Below, piece after piece: positions 9,185 through 18,424 of a stretch of DNA of 64,000 nt. Under the pieces are notes generated by a model. It had not been told where the DNA came from, did no database searches, and worked only from the letters and a program-made list of their open reading frames with translations. Every line of letters starts with the position of its first letter. Within the stretch, counting starts at the first letter, position 1. Source of the stretch: an uncultured Actinomycetes bacterium (GTDB lineage Bacteria > Actinomycetota > Thermoleophilia > UBA2241); assembly GCA_963767005.1 (NCBI GenBank), contig CAVYCN010000010.1, positions 1 through 64,000 on the forward strand. The letters are read 5' to 3'. Both the position numbers and the translations under genes were made by a program.

Positions 9185-9808
9185 ATGATGAGCCCATCAG
9201 CCGAAGAAGAGCGCGCCAAAGCCCTCGCCGAGGTCATCGCGGCGCGCCGTTCCGTACGCCTCTTCTCCGAGGCGATGCCGGCCCGCAGGGACATCGAGCG
9301 GATCGTCGCCGCCGGCATGGCCGCACCCTATGCCGCCGCCATGAGCCCGGAGGGGACGCTGGACCGGCGCTTCTTCGTGATATCGCCGGCCAGCGCCGCA
9401 CTGGGTGCGGCCGTCAAGGCGATCCAGGCTCGCGCCCAGCAGGCCCTCGATGCGGCCGAGACGCCGGCTCCCCTGCGCGCTCGCCTGCAGCCGGTCGCCG
9501 AGGGCCGCATCCCCGGTGTCGGCAGCGCCCCGTACTACGTCGTCGTCGCCGAACGCCAGAGCCTCGCCGCCGCCCAGTCGTTGGCTCACGCCCTCGAGAA
9601 CATGTGGCTCACGGCGACCGCACTGGGCCTCGGCATGCAGCTCGTCTCGCTGACGGCCACCATGAGCGACGATGCGGCCTTCTGCCAGATCCTCGATGTG
9701 CCGGTCGGCGTGTACGCCCTCAACGGCTGCGTCATCGGCGTGCCCGACCAGGCTCCGGCGCCGCGACCGGCCCCCGATGCCGCCGCCGCGACACGCTGGC
9801 TCGACTAG
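9185..9808 (+). CDS. Nitroreductase family protein
   Basis: IAARRSVRLFS FMN-binding motif, AAP, ENMWLTATALGLG. Confidence 0.88.
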   Translation: MMSPSAEEERAKALAEVIAARRSVRLFSEAMPARRDIERIVAAGMAAPYAAAMSPEGTLDRRFFVISPASAALGAAVKAIQARAQQALDAAETPAPLRARLQPVAEGRIPGVGSAPYYVVVAERQSLAAAQSLAHALENMWLTATALGLGMQLVSLTATMSDDAAFCQILDVPVGVYALNGCVIGVPDQAPAPRPAPDAAAATRWLD

Positions 9809-9874
9809 CGGCGCTCGGCCGGCGGAGCACCCGATGGATGGCAGAGACAAGGTCGTGCTGGTCACGGGGACCTC

Positions 9875-10378
9875 GTGAGGATACGACCAGTCATCGCAGA
9901 CGATTTCTCGGCGATCCTTGCCCTCAACGATGAGTTCGTCGAGGTGCTCGCGCCGCTGTCGCGCGAGCGTCTCGAGCTGCTCGACTCGCGCGCCTCCTAC
10001 CATCGCGTGGCTCTCGACCGCCATGAGATCGTCGGCTTCCTGCTCGCCTGCGGCGCCGAGACCGGCCACGACAGTGTCAACTTCTGCTGGTTCGCGGCAC
10101 GCTACGCGAGCTTCCTCTACGTCGACCGCGTGGTCGTCTGTGCGGCGCGACAGGGCTCGGGGGTCGGCAGTCTGCTCTACGACGACCTGTTCGCCTTCGC
10201 CCGTGAAGGGGGCTACGAGCGGGTCGCCTGCGAGATCGACGCCGAGCCGCCCAACCCCAGGTCGGAGCGCTTCCACGAGTGCTTCGGCTTTCACGTCGTG
10301 GGCAGCCAGGAGGTCGAGTACGTCGCCGGCCAGACCAAGCGCGTCTCGCTGCGCTGCGCCGAGCTGGCCCGCCCCTGA
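9875..10378 (+). CDS. GNAT family N-acetyltransferase
   Basis: FLYVDRVVV, RQGSGVG acetyl-CoA motif A, PPNPRSERFHECFGF. Confidence 0.88.
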   Translation: MRIRPVIADDFSAILALNDEFVEVLAPLSRERLELLDSRASYHRVALDRHEIVGFLLACGAETGHDSVNFCWFAARYASFLYVDRVVVCAARQGSGVGSLLYDDLFAFAREGGYERVACEIDAEPPNPRSERFHECFGFHVVGSQEVEYVAGQTKRVSLRCAELARP

Positions 10379-10595
10379 GGGCCGCTGCCCGATACGGGAG
10401 CGAGCCGACCGAAGCGGCGGGCTGACCCGGCCGCGGCGTTCCGCCCTCGCCTGGTTCTCGCCTCGGGAGCCCGCACCCGGGTGTGATAGGGTCATTCGCC
10501 GGTGCCGCCGGCGGGCAGACGCAGTCGGATCCGCCGTACCTCCGCCGGCGGACCAGGGGGGCTCGTCCGTGGCCGACGGCCACGGTCGCGAGGCG

Positions 10596-11242
10596 ATGTG
10601 CAGGGAGGGGGAGAAGTTCGTCAAGCTGACCCGCAACCCGTACCACAAGGACGGCTTTGGCGTCGAGCCGACGGTCGGCACCGTCCTGTTCGAGATGTAC
10701 CAGCAGCAGGACAGCCTCGTCGACGACTACAAGATGGGCAACCTCGATGCCGCGATCGAGCTCGACCCCGGCTACTACAAGGTGCTCAAGAGCATGCCGG
10801 GCTCGACCATCGTCGCGGCCCGCGCGCTCGGCTTCCACGAGCTCGGCATGAACTCACGAACCCGGCCTACGACAAGCCGTACACGCAGCAGGCGTCCGCT
10901 GTGGTCCCGGCCGATCGCCAGGCGATCGTCCGCAAGATGCAGCAGATCCTCTACAAGGACGCCGTCTACGACGTGCTCTGGTACAACGTGCTGACCCAGG
11001 CCTACCGCAGCGACAAGTGGACCGGGTATGTCACGGTGCCGCCGGGGGCCACGGGCGCTTCGTTTCGCAACATGCTGCGCACCACGTACATCGACCTGAA
11101 GCCCAGGACGGTGGCCGCCGCCAAGAGCGGCGGCGGCTCGACCGGCGTCATCGTCGGGGTCGTCGTCGCGGCGGCGGTCGTGCTTGGCGTCGCGGTGGTG
11201 CTCGTGCGACGCCGCCGGCCGCAGCAGGTCGAAGCGGAATGA
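10596..11242 (+). pseudogene. Remnant of a family 5 ABC solute-binding protein with C-terminal TM anchor (5' truncation plus internal deletion/frameshift at ~10855)
   Basis: One frame gives VKLTRNPY...GNLDAA...FHELGMN; another frame continues TNPAYDK...RQAIVRKMQQILYKD...TM-RRRR. No signal peptide. Stop overlaps the next ATG. Confidence 0.75.
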
Positions 11243-12750
11243 ACCAGGCAGCGAGTGACGCCGGGGTCGGCGGCGGCTTCGCCGCCGCCGACCCCGTGGT
11301 CGTCGACCCCTCGCAGTTCGACCCCCGGCGCCCGCTCGAAGCCGAGCTCGTCACGCGCGTGCCCGACGGTTTCCGGCTGACCGCGGTCGGCGACTGCATC
11401 ATGACCCGGCCGCTGTCGACCTGGCTGGCCGACCCCGGCTTCGCCGCGATCATCGACGTGCTGAGGCGCGGTCACGTGCGCTACGGCAACTGCGAGATCA
11501 ACATCGTCGACCTGGCCCGGTTCAAGGGCTATCCGCACGCCTGGGAAGGCGACTACCCGATGATGGCGACGCCGGCCGTGGCGGCCGACTTCGCGCGCCT
11601 CGGCCTCACCGTCATGTCGCGCGCCAACAACCACGCGCTCGACTGGGGGATCGAGGGGATGCGCGAGACCAGCAGGTGGCTGGACGACGCCGGCGTGGTC
11701 CACGCCGGGGTCGGCGAGCATCGTGGTCTCGCGCGGGCGCCCGCCTACCAGGAGACGCCGCAGGGCCGGATCGGCCTGGTCTCGTTCGCTTCGACCTTCC
11801 TGCCGGTCTCCGAGGCGCTCCCCTACCGCGACGCCGCGCCGGGCCGGCCCGGCCTGAGCGCGCTCAAGGTGTACACCAGATGGGTCGTGCCGCCGCCGGT
11901 CATGCGAGCGCTGGCGACGATACCGGCGAAGGACACCCACGGCGAGGGCGCCGGCGTGCAGGCGTCCGACGCGACCGGCGCACAGGCTCAGGCAGGCGCG
12001 CTCGCGGTCGGCCCCCCGTCGCTCAACCGCTTCCGGCTCGACTTCGTCGAGGGCGACGAGCCCGGGACCGCCTATCGGGTGGACGACCAGGACCTCGCCG
12101 ACATCCTCAAGAACGTGCGCCTCGGCAAGCAGCACAGCGATTTCCTGATCGCCGCGCTGCACACGCACGAGGCGCGCGACGAGACCCCGTTCCCGCCGGC
12201 GCCGCTGCTCCCGGCCGACTTCGTGCAGCCGGTGGCGCGGGCCGCGATCGACGCCGGAGCCGACGCCTTCCTGACCTGCGGCACCCACAACCTCGGCCCC
12301 GTCGAGATCTACCGCGGCCGGCCGATCTTCTACGGCCTCGGCAACTTCTTCTGGAGCGACCTGCAGGAACCGCTCGCCGCCGACCTGTACGAGGCCAGGG
12401 CGACGCGCGAGCGCCTGGCCAAGACGTTCGCTCACCCCGAGCGCGCCACGCACGCCGACTACACGGCGGTCGAGGAGAAGGACGAGTTCGGCCACGACTG
12501 GGTGTTCGAGAGCATGGTCACGAGCAGCGTCTTCGAGGGCGGCGGGCTGAGCCGGATCGAGCTGCATCCCGTCTGGCTGCGCTACGGCGAGCCGCTGACC
12601 AGGAGCGGTGTCCCCATGCCGGCGCCGCCCGAGCGCGCGGCCCGCATGCTCGAGTGGCTGCGCGAGCTGTCGGCGCCGTACGGAGCCGAGATCGAGATCG
12701 CGGACGGCGTGGGCTCCGTGAACGTGCGTCAGGGAGCCCCGGCGGAGTAA
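11239..12750 (+). CDS. CapA/PGA_cap family metallophosphoesterase
   Basis: GDCI, GNCE, ANNHALDWG, LHTHE, IDAGADAF, PVEIYRGRPIFYGLGNF. Confidence 0.88.
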   Translation: MNQAASDAGVGGGFAAADPVVVDPSQFDPRRPLEAELVTRVPDGFRLTAVGDCIMTRPLSTWLADPGFAAIIDVLRRGHVRYGNCEINIVDLARFKGYPHAWEGDYPMMATPAVAADFARLGLTVMSRANNHALDWGIEGMRETSRWLDDAGVVHAGVGEHRGLARAPAYQETPQGRIGLVSFASTFLPVSEALPYRDAAPGRPGLSALKVYTRWVVPPPVMRALATIPAKDTHGEGAGVQASDATGAQAQAGALAVGPPSLNRFRLDFVEGDEPGTAYRVDDQDLADILKNVRLGKQHSDFLIAALHTHEARDETPFPPAPLLPADFVQPVARAAIDAGADAFLTCGTHNLGPVEIYRGRPIFYGLGNFFWSDLQEPLAADLYEARATRERLAKTFAHPERATHADYTAVEEKDEFGHDWVFESMVTSSVFEGGGLSRIELHPVWLRYGEPLTRSGVPMPAPPERAARMLEWLRELSAPYGAEIEIADGVGSVNVRQGAPAE

Positions 12751-13032
12751 CGCGGGCGTCGCGGACAGGCAGGCCGATCGGGTGACGCGAGAAGTCGCCG
12801 GCCCTTGCTGTCTGGCTCCAGCCTGACATTGCTGCCGCAGGCCGGTCGCTATCGCCTGATGATCCGCCAGACGAGGGGCGCACGGACCGGCGGCAACTAC
12901 AGTCTCTGGGTCGCGGGTGCGAGGTAGCGGCCCGTTCCCTTGCGGACGCCGTCGGCCGCTGCCGCCCGGGCGCGCGGCAACGGCCTCCCCGGCCGACCCC
13001 CCGGACGGTCTGGCGGCGGCGCCCGGCCCGCC

Positions 13033-13500
13033 CTAGCCGATCTGCTCGGCCAGGTAGTTCTCGCGGCCGGCCTGCTCGATCTGAGTGAGTTGGGCCTCGA
13101 GCCAGTCGACGTGATCCTCCTCGTCGCCGAGGATCGACTCGAGCAGCTCCTTGCTGCCGTCGTCCTTGAGCTCGACGCAGATGCGGATGCTCTCGTTGTA
13201 CTGCCGCACGGCGTCGACCTCGAGGGCGAGGTCGCTCGTGTGCATCTCGGGGACGGTGGATCCGATGCGGATCTCATTGAGATCGCTCACGATCGGGCGC
13301 CCGTCCAGGTACAGGATGCGTTCGATCAGCCGCTCGGCGTGCTTCATTTCCGCGATGGAGCGCTGCCTGACCGGCTCGGCCAGGTGGCCGTACTGCCAGT
13401 TCTCACACATCTCCGCGTGGACGAAGTACTGGTTGATGGCCGTGAGCTCTTCGGCCAGCCGGGCGTTGAGCTCGTCGATCACCCTCTTCTCACCTTGCAT
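13033..13500 (-). CDS. bfr: Bacterioferritin
   Basis: EELTAINQYFVH, AEMKHAERLIERILYLDG (heme Met), EEDHVDWLE ferroxidase motifs. Confidence 0.96.
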   Translation of the reverse strand: MQGEKRVIDELNARLAEELTAINQYFVHAEMCENWQYGHLAEPVRQRSIAEMKHAERLIERILYLDGRPIVSDLNEIRIGSTVPEMHTSDLALEVDAVRQYNESIRICVELKDDGSKELLESILGDEEDHVDWLEAQLTQIEQAGRENYLAEQIG

Positions 13501-13683
13501 CTCACCCCTCCTGCGAGTCGGAGCCGGACGCTACCCGGACCCGCCCCGCGGGAAACCGGTGAGGGGCGCCACGCCGCCGCCGGCTGGTGCGGCGAGGCCG
13601 TTCGTAGTAGAAGAGGAACGCTCATGCCGGGGCGCGCTGCTTTGACCGAGGGGTCACCGTGCGCCGACGCCAAGGGGGTGACC

Positions 13684-15108
13684 ATGGCGCTGACGACTCG
13701 TGTCGTCGATCCGCAGACCGTGCGGCACGCTCTCGCGCCCGCCCGCCCGTTCCCGTTCTGGCTCGACAGCCCGCAGGCGCCCGCGCCGACGCCGCCCTTC
13801 GAAGGCTCCGGTCGGTGCGACTTCGCCGTCGTCGGCGGCGGTCTGACCGGCGTGTGGACGGCGCTGCTTGCCAAGGAGCGCGATCCCGCCCGTGAGGTCG
13901 TCCTGCTCGAGGCCGACCGCGTCGGCTGGCAGGCCTCGGGGCGCAACGGCGGCTTCTGCATGGCGACGCTCACGCACGGCATCGACAACGGCCTCAACCA
14001 CTTTCCGGACGAGATCGACCGCCTCGAGCGGCTCGGCCGCGAGAACCTCGACGAGGTCGAGGGCGCCGTCGCCCGCTACGCCATCGACTGCGACTGGCGG
14101 CGCGTGGGGGAGATCGACGTTGCCGTGGCGCCGTGGCAGGTCGACGAGCTGGCCGCGGTTCGCGACGAGATGGTCGCCGCGGGCCGGCGCGTGCAGTGGT
14201 TCGACGGTCCGGCCATGCGCGCCGAGATCGCCTCGCCGACCTACCTCGCCGGCCTCTGGACGCCGGATGACTGCGCGATGGTCGACCCGGCCCGGCTGAC
14301 CTGGGGGCTGGCTCGAGCGGCTCAGGGGCTCGGCGTGCGCCTCTGCGAGCGCACGCGGGTGACGGCGATCGAGCCCGACGGCGCGGAGATGGTGCTGCGC
14401 ACGCGGGGCGGCGCCCTCAGGGCGCGTCGCGTGATGCTCGCCACGAACGCCTTCCCCGCCCTGCTCGGCGCGATGCGCCGCCGCGTCGTACCCGTCTACG
14501 ACCACGCGCTCATGACTGAGCCGCTCAGCGACGAGCACTGGGCGGCCGTCGGCTGGCGTGGCTCCCAGGGGATGTCCGACGCCGGCAACCGCTTCCACTA
14601 CTACCGGCGCACAGCCGACGGTCGCATCCTGTGGGGAGGCTACGATGCCGTCTATCACCTCGGCGGCGCGATCCGCCCCCAGTACGAGCGCCGCCGGGCG
14701 ACCTTCGTGAAGCTCGCGGGCCACTTCTTCGAGACCTTCCCACAGCTCGACGGCGTGCGTTTCACGCACGCCTGGGCCGGCGTCATAGACACCAGCACGC
14801 GCCTCTGCCAGTTCTGGGGACGGGCCTACGGCGGCCGCGTCGCCTACGCGCTCGGCTACACCGGCATGGGCGTGGGCGAGTCCCGCTTCGGGGCGCTCGT
14901 CGGGCTCGATCTGCTCGACGGCCGGTCCAACGAGCGCACGCGCCTCAAGCTCACGTCGACCAGACCGCTGCCCTGGCCGCCGGAGCCGCTGCGCGCCGGC
15001 GTCGTCGGGCTGACCTCATGGTCGCTCGGTCGTGCCGACGCCCGCCAAGGACGGCGCAACCTCTGGCTGCGGACGCTCGATCGGATCGGCCTCGGGTTCG
15101 ATTCGTAG
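13684..15108 (+). CDS. FAD-dependent oxidoreductase (DAO/PuuB-like)
   Basis: VVGGGLTG dinucleotide motif, ASGRNGG, FHYYRRTADGRILWGG, GYTGMGV. Confidence 0.9.
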   Translation: MALTTRVVDPQTVRHALAPARPFPFWLDSPQAPAPTPPFEGSGRCDFAVVGGGLTGVWTALLAKERDPAREVVLLEADRVGWQASGRNGGFCMATLTHGIDNGLNHFPDEIDRLERLGRENLDEVEGAVARYAIDCDWRRVGEIDVAVAPWQVDELAAVRDEMVAAGRRVQWFDGPAMRAEIASPTYLAGLWTPDDCAMVDPARLTWGLARAAQGLGVRLCERTRVTAIEPDGAEMVLRTRGGALRARRVMLATNAFPALLGAMRRRVVPVYDHALMTEPLSDEHWAAVGWRGSQGMSDAGNRFHYYRRTADGRILWGGYDAVYHLGGAIRPQYERRRATFVKLAGHFFETFPQLDGVRFTHAWAGVIDTSTRLCQFWGRAYGGRVAYALGYTGMGVGESRFGALVGLDLLDGRSNERTRLKLTSTRPLPWPPEPLRAGVVGLTSWSLGRADARQGRRNLWLRTLDRIGLGFDS

Positions 15109-15282
15109 CGTCGCACCCTCCTTCGTCATCGGGGTCGTGCTCGTGCTGGTGAGTCTGCCGTTCCTGCTCGCCACGCCGCGGCGGCGGGGTGAAGAGAACC
15201 CGCTCTCATGCCGATAGTGTCGTCGTGAGTGTCGACAGGTGCGGGGCGCGCCGGCCGGCGTTCGGGACACCAGGGGGTCGAC

Positions 15283-15891
15283 ATGAGGATCGGCAGGGTT
15301 CTTTCGGGTCGGGGTTGCTTGTGCATGCTCGTCCTCGGCGGGGTCGCGCTCGCCGGGTGCGCATCGCACCAGACGAGCGCGAGCCCGACGGGGAGCACGG
15401 TCGCGAAGGCGAACCCCCCCGTCAGTCCTCGACAGGCGGGCAAGCGCTATTTCCGCGCCATGGCACCCGTCATCGCGCAGGACTACAAGGCCGACAAGGA
15501 TGCCACAGCCGCCATCGCGCACTGGAAGAGTGAGATGGAGAGTCCGGCGGCCAGCTGGTCCACGGTCCAGGACCTCGCCTCGATCGTCATGCGGTTGGAG
15601 CCGCGGGAACGGCAGATCCTCAGCGAGTACCAGGCGATCACTCCCCCGCCACAGTTTCGGGCGGCACACGCGGCGCTCGTCGCCGACAACAGCGCGGGGC
15701 TCGCGTTGATGGGCGTACTGATCCACGACATCGACACCGAGCGGCCGCCGCTGCAATGGGCCTCCGAGGTGCCCGGCGACCTGAGGAACGCCGGGACGCT
15801 CGACAAGCGGGTCGTGCGCGACTACCGCAGAGCGGCCGCGAAGCTCCACCTCCAGGCGCCCGCCAAGCTGCTGAAGGTCTACTCGAGCTAG
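15283..15891 (+). CDS. Putative lipoprotein
   Basis: Signal with LAGC lipobox; helical mature region. Confidence 0.7.
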   Translation: MRIGRVLSGRGCLCMLVLGGVALAGCASHQTSASPTGSTVAKANPPVSPRQAGKRYFRAMAPVIAQDYKADKDATAAIAHWKSEMESPAASWSTVQDLASIVMRLEPRERQILSEYQAITPPPQFRAAHAALVADNSAGLALMGVLIHDIDTERPPLQWASEVPGDLRNAGTLDKRVVRDYRRAAAKLHLQAPAKLLKVYSS

Positions 15892-16062
15892 CACCCCGCG
15901 GCCGGCTCGGATGCCTTTCGCGGCGGGAGTCGCTGACGTAGGCTGGGGGTGCCTCGACCCGGAGGACCGATGCTCGTCGACGACGACGCTCATCTCGACA
16001 GGTACGGCGGAGAGTTCGCGGAGTGCCCGGTTGGCCTGACGGAACACGGCTCCCGTGAAAGG

Positions 16063-16677
16063 GTGACACGCCCTGACGTCCTGTTGTTCGACCTCGGCGG
16101 GGTGCTCGTCGACAACGACGTCTTCTCCTCGCTCCGCGCGCTGGTCGGCGAGGGTCTCACGGACCAGGCCTTTCGCGACCGGTGGCTGCGCTCGCCGGCC
16201 GTCAGGCGATTCGAGCTCGGCGAGATCCCCCCGAGCGATTTCGCTGCCCGGTTCGTCGAGGAATGGCGGCTTCCCCTGGCGCCGGACGTCTTTCTGGAGT
16301 CCTTCGCCTCGTGGGTCAAACAGCCCTACCCGGGAGCCGCGGCGCTCGTCTCGCACTTGCGCCGGCGCCACAGGGTCTGCTGCTTCAGCAACTCCAATGT
16401 GGTGCACTGGCCCAGAGCAGCCGGCTTCCTGGCGCTCTTCGACGGAGCCTTCTCGTCGCACCTGATCGGGCGGATCAAACCCGACGAAGCCGCGTTCGAG
16501 GCGGTCCTCCGCGAGCTCGCCGTCGACGCCGGCGCGGTCCGCTTCTTCGACGACACACCCGCCAACGTCGCCGCGGCTCGCACGCTCGGCATCGATGCCT
16601 TCCTGGTCGACGGCTTCGACGAGCTGCTGCGCCGTCTCGGGGCGTGCGATCTGGTCAGGGGCTGGCGGGCGCCGTGA
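16063..16677 (+). CDS. HAD-superfamily hydrolase (YihX-like)
   Basis: LLFDLGGVL motif I, SNS motif II, KPD and FFDD motifs III/IV. Confidence 0.9.
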   Translation: MTRPDVLLFDLGGVLVDNDVFSSLRALVGEGLTDQAFRDRWLRSPAVRRFELGEIPPSDFAARFVEEWRLPLAPDVFLESFASWVKQPYPGAAALVSHLRRRHRVCCFSNSNVVHWPRAAGFLALFDGAFSSHLIGRIKPDEAAFEAVLRELAVDAGAVRFFDDTPANVAAARTLGIDAFLVDGFDELLRRLGACDLVRGWRAP

Positions 16678-16855
16678 GTGAGACGCCGCTCGACTGAGGC
16701 GTGCGCCCGCCCCGGGAGGGAGGTCCGGCGGTGGCCGGTCGGGCGGACCGCATCAGCGTCGGCCAGGCTCGGCGTACACTGACTGCAGCTCCCGCCAGGG
16801 GGTCTGCCGCGCCGCCGGGGGGCGACGAGGCGCGAAGCATCGCGGAGGGGACCTG

Positions 16856-17122
16856 ATGAAGCGGTTCCTGGTCCTTCTCGCCTCGGCATGCGCGCTGGCT
16901 CTCGCCTTGGCCGGCGCGGCCCTCGCCCAGGCGCCGACGCCGACGCTCGAGGGGACCTCCTCGACCCCGGCGGTGACCGCCATCCTGCCGGCCATGGCGC
17001 CAAGTGACCAGGCCATGCCCGTTGTCATCTCCGGCAACGGTTTCGTCGGCGGCGCACCGGCGAGGTGTGGATCGTCTCCAGCTCGCGCACCTTTACAGGC
17101 AGACATCGTGGCGAGCCAATGA
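16856..17122 (+). pseudogene. Truncated secreted protein (signal peptide plus start of an IPT/TIG-like domain)
   Basis: GGAGGGG SD, clean signal peptide MKRFL...ALA, then PAVTAILPAMAPSDQAMPVVISGNGF; the sequence loses coding character afterwards. Confidence 0.5.
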
Positions 17123-17139
17123 GACGAGGTGAGCGCTGC

Positions 17140-17478
17140 ATGGACCGAGACAGGGCGCGCAAGCTGCTCGAGGCGGAGCGGGAAAGGATCAAGGGCCTCA
17201 TCGGCGACACCGAAGAGGCGCGGCGCTTGGACCACGCCGAAGAGCTGGAGACGGGCGACGGGGTCGACGCGGCGCAGGCGCTGACGGCCGAGGGCACGGA
17301 CGACGCCTTCGCCTTTGACCTGAAAGCGAGGCTGGCGGCGCTCGACCGCGCCGAGGAGCGCCTGGACCGTGGCGTGTACGGGCGCTCGGTGCTTAGCGGC
17401 CGGCCGATCCCGGACGATCGGCTCGAGGCCGACCCGACTGCGGAGTTGACGGTCGAGGAGGCCGCCGGCGGCCAGTGA
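17140..17478 (+). CDS. DksA/TraR family protein lacking the four Zn-finger cysteines
   Basis: Coiled coil with DGVDAA tip; ALDRAEERLDRGVYGRSVLSGRPIPDDRLEADPTAELTVEE aligns to the C4 finger region. Confidence 0.8.
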   Translation: MDRDRARKLLEAERERIKGLIGDTEEARRLDHAEELETGDGVDAAQALTAEGTDDAFAFDLKARLAALDRAEERLDRGVYGRSVLSGRPIPDDRLEADPTAELTVEEAAGGQ

Positions 17479-17532
17479 CGCCGGGGCGCCGCCCGGCGGC
17501 GTCGCGTCGTCTGCCCCGACTACGGCCTCTTA

Positions 17533-17560
17533 TTGACATCGGACGGCGAGGTCCCACAAT
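17533..17560 (+). promoter_or_regulatory. Sigma70/SigA-type promoter
   Basis: TTGACA (17533-38), 16-bp spacer, CACAAT (17555-60). Confidence 0.65.
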
Positions 17561-17565
17561 CACGG

Positions 17566-17690
17566 ACAACGCCACGCGGCAGACGTCGCGCGGGTGTGCA
17601 GGAGGCTGAGATCCGTCGGGGGTTGCAACGCGGTCACCGTTCCCCGACGGGGAGTCAATGGTGAGACCGGTCCTGTCGGGCCGGTCTTTT
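17566..17690 (+). ncRNA. Candidate structured small RNA or cis-regulatory leader (unassigned family)
   Basis: Lies between the promoter and an intrinsic terminator, no credible ORF, long stem CCGTCGGGG...CCCCGACGG. Confidence 0.5.
17664..17690 (+). terminator. Rho-independent terminator
   Basis: AGACCGGTCC-tgtc-GGGCCGGTCT hairpin running into a T tract. Confidence 0.75.
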
Positions 17691-18033
17691 GCGTCGTGGC
17701 GGCCCTGCGCGACGGCCGGGCGGCGGCCCGCAGAGCTTCTTCGGCGCGGTGCTGGGCGGTGGGAGACTGTCGTCCATCTGAAGCGGGGAGGGGGGAGCGC
17801 CGGCGATGACGGCGGCGGGGGAGGGGGGCTCCCCCGCCCGCCGTCGCTGTCACGACCAAGCCGGCTCAGGCTCCCGTCTCAACCGAGCGACACCCAGGCA
17901 GGGGTCGCCTCCATCGACGACCGTCGGCGCGCCTCGCCTGCGGCGAGGCGCGCCGACTCACCGTCCTCCTCCGACGGGGGTGGTCGTACATGACCGCAAC
18001 CAGCGCCTATCAGACTTCCTTGCCGGCGACCAC

Positions 18034-18075
18034 TTGACAGAACTAGCAGTGACCTGTCAGATTATGCTGACAGGT
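18034..18075 (+). promoter_or_regulatory. Promoter/operator of the ArsR-family gene
   Basis: TTGACA at 18034; perfect 9-6-9 inverted repeat ACCTGTCAG-attatg-CTGACAGGT (18052-18075) overlapping a TATGCT -10 candidate and abutting the SD. Confidence 0.75.
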
Positions 18076-18085
18076 AAGGAGCGAG

Positions 18086-18424
18086 ATGGCCGAAGGTCGC
18101 AGCGGCGACGAGATCCTGAAGATGCTGAGCGCCCTGGCGAACCCACACCGCCTGCGCGTCCTCGCGGCGCTGCGTGAGCGCAAGGTACACGTGAGCGAGC
18201 TCGCGCGCGAGCTGGGGATCGGCCGTCCGCTGCTGCACATGCATCTCCAGGTGCTCGAACGGGCGGGACTCGTGGCAGGCCACCACGAGGTCTCACCCGA
18301 CGGCAAGGCGCTGCGCTACTACGAGGTGACCGATTTCGACGAGCACCTCACGCCGCAGCGGATCACCGAGGCGGTGGCCACACTCAGCCTCGACAACCGA
18401 CCGGAGGGAAAGGCAAAGCGATGA
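18086..18424 (+). CDS. ArsR/SmtB family transcriptional regulator
   Basis: LSALANPHRLRVL, VSELARELGIGRPLLHMHLQVLERAGLV winged HTH. Confidence 0.92.
   Translation: MAEGRSGDEILKMLSALANPHRLRVLAALRERKVHVSELARELGIGRPLLHMHLQVLERAGLVAGHHEVSPDGKALRYYEVTDFDEHLTPQRITEAVATLSLDNRPEGKAKR

Noticed and set aside
12751-13030. Unassigned intergenic stretch with CTGATGA (fluoride-riboswitch-like)
   Set aside because: No GGCGATGG...TCGCC 5' element, and it lies between convergent gene ends.
15109-15217. Hydrophobic peptide fragment (APSFVIGVVLVLVSLPFLL) after the oxidoreductase
   Set aside because: It may be a transporter C-terminal remnant, but it is too short and has no start to support a call.
17603-17612. 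GGCTGAGA as a TPP riboswitch
   Set aside because: The CCTGA...TAATG..AGCG.AGG half is missing; kept only as an unassigned ncRNA candidate.
17658-17993. 111-aa ORF after GGGAG
   Set aside because: It runs through the terminator hairpin and has low-complexity, non-coding-like composition.
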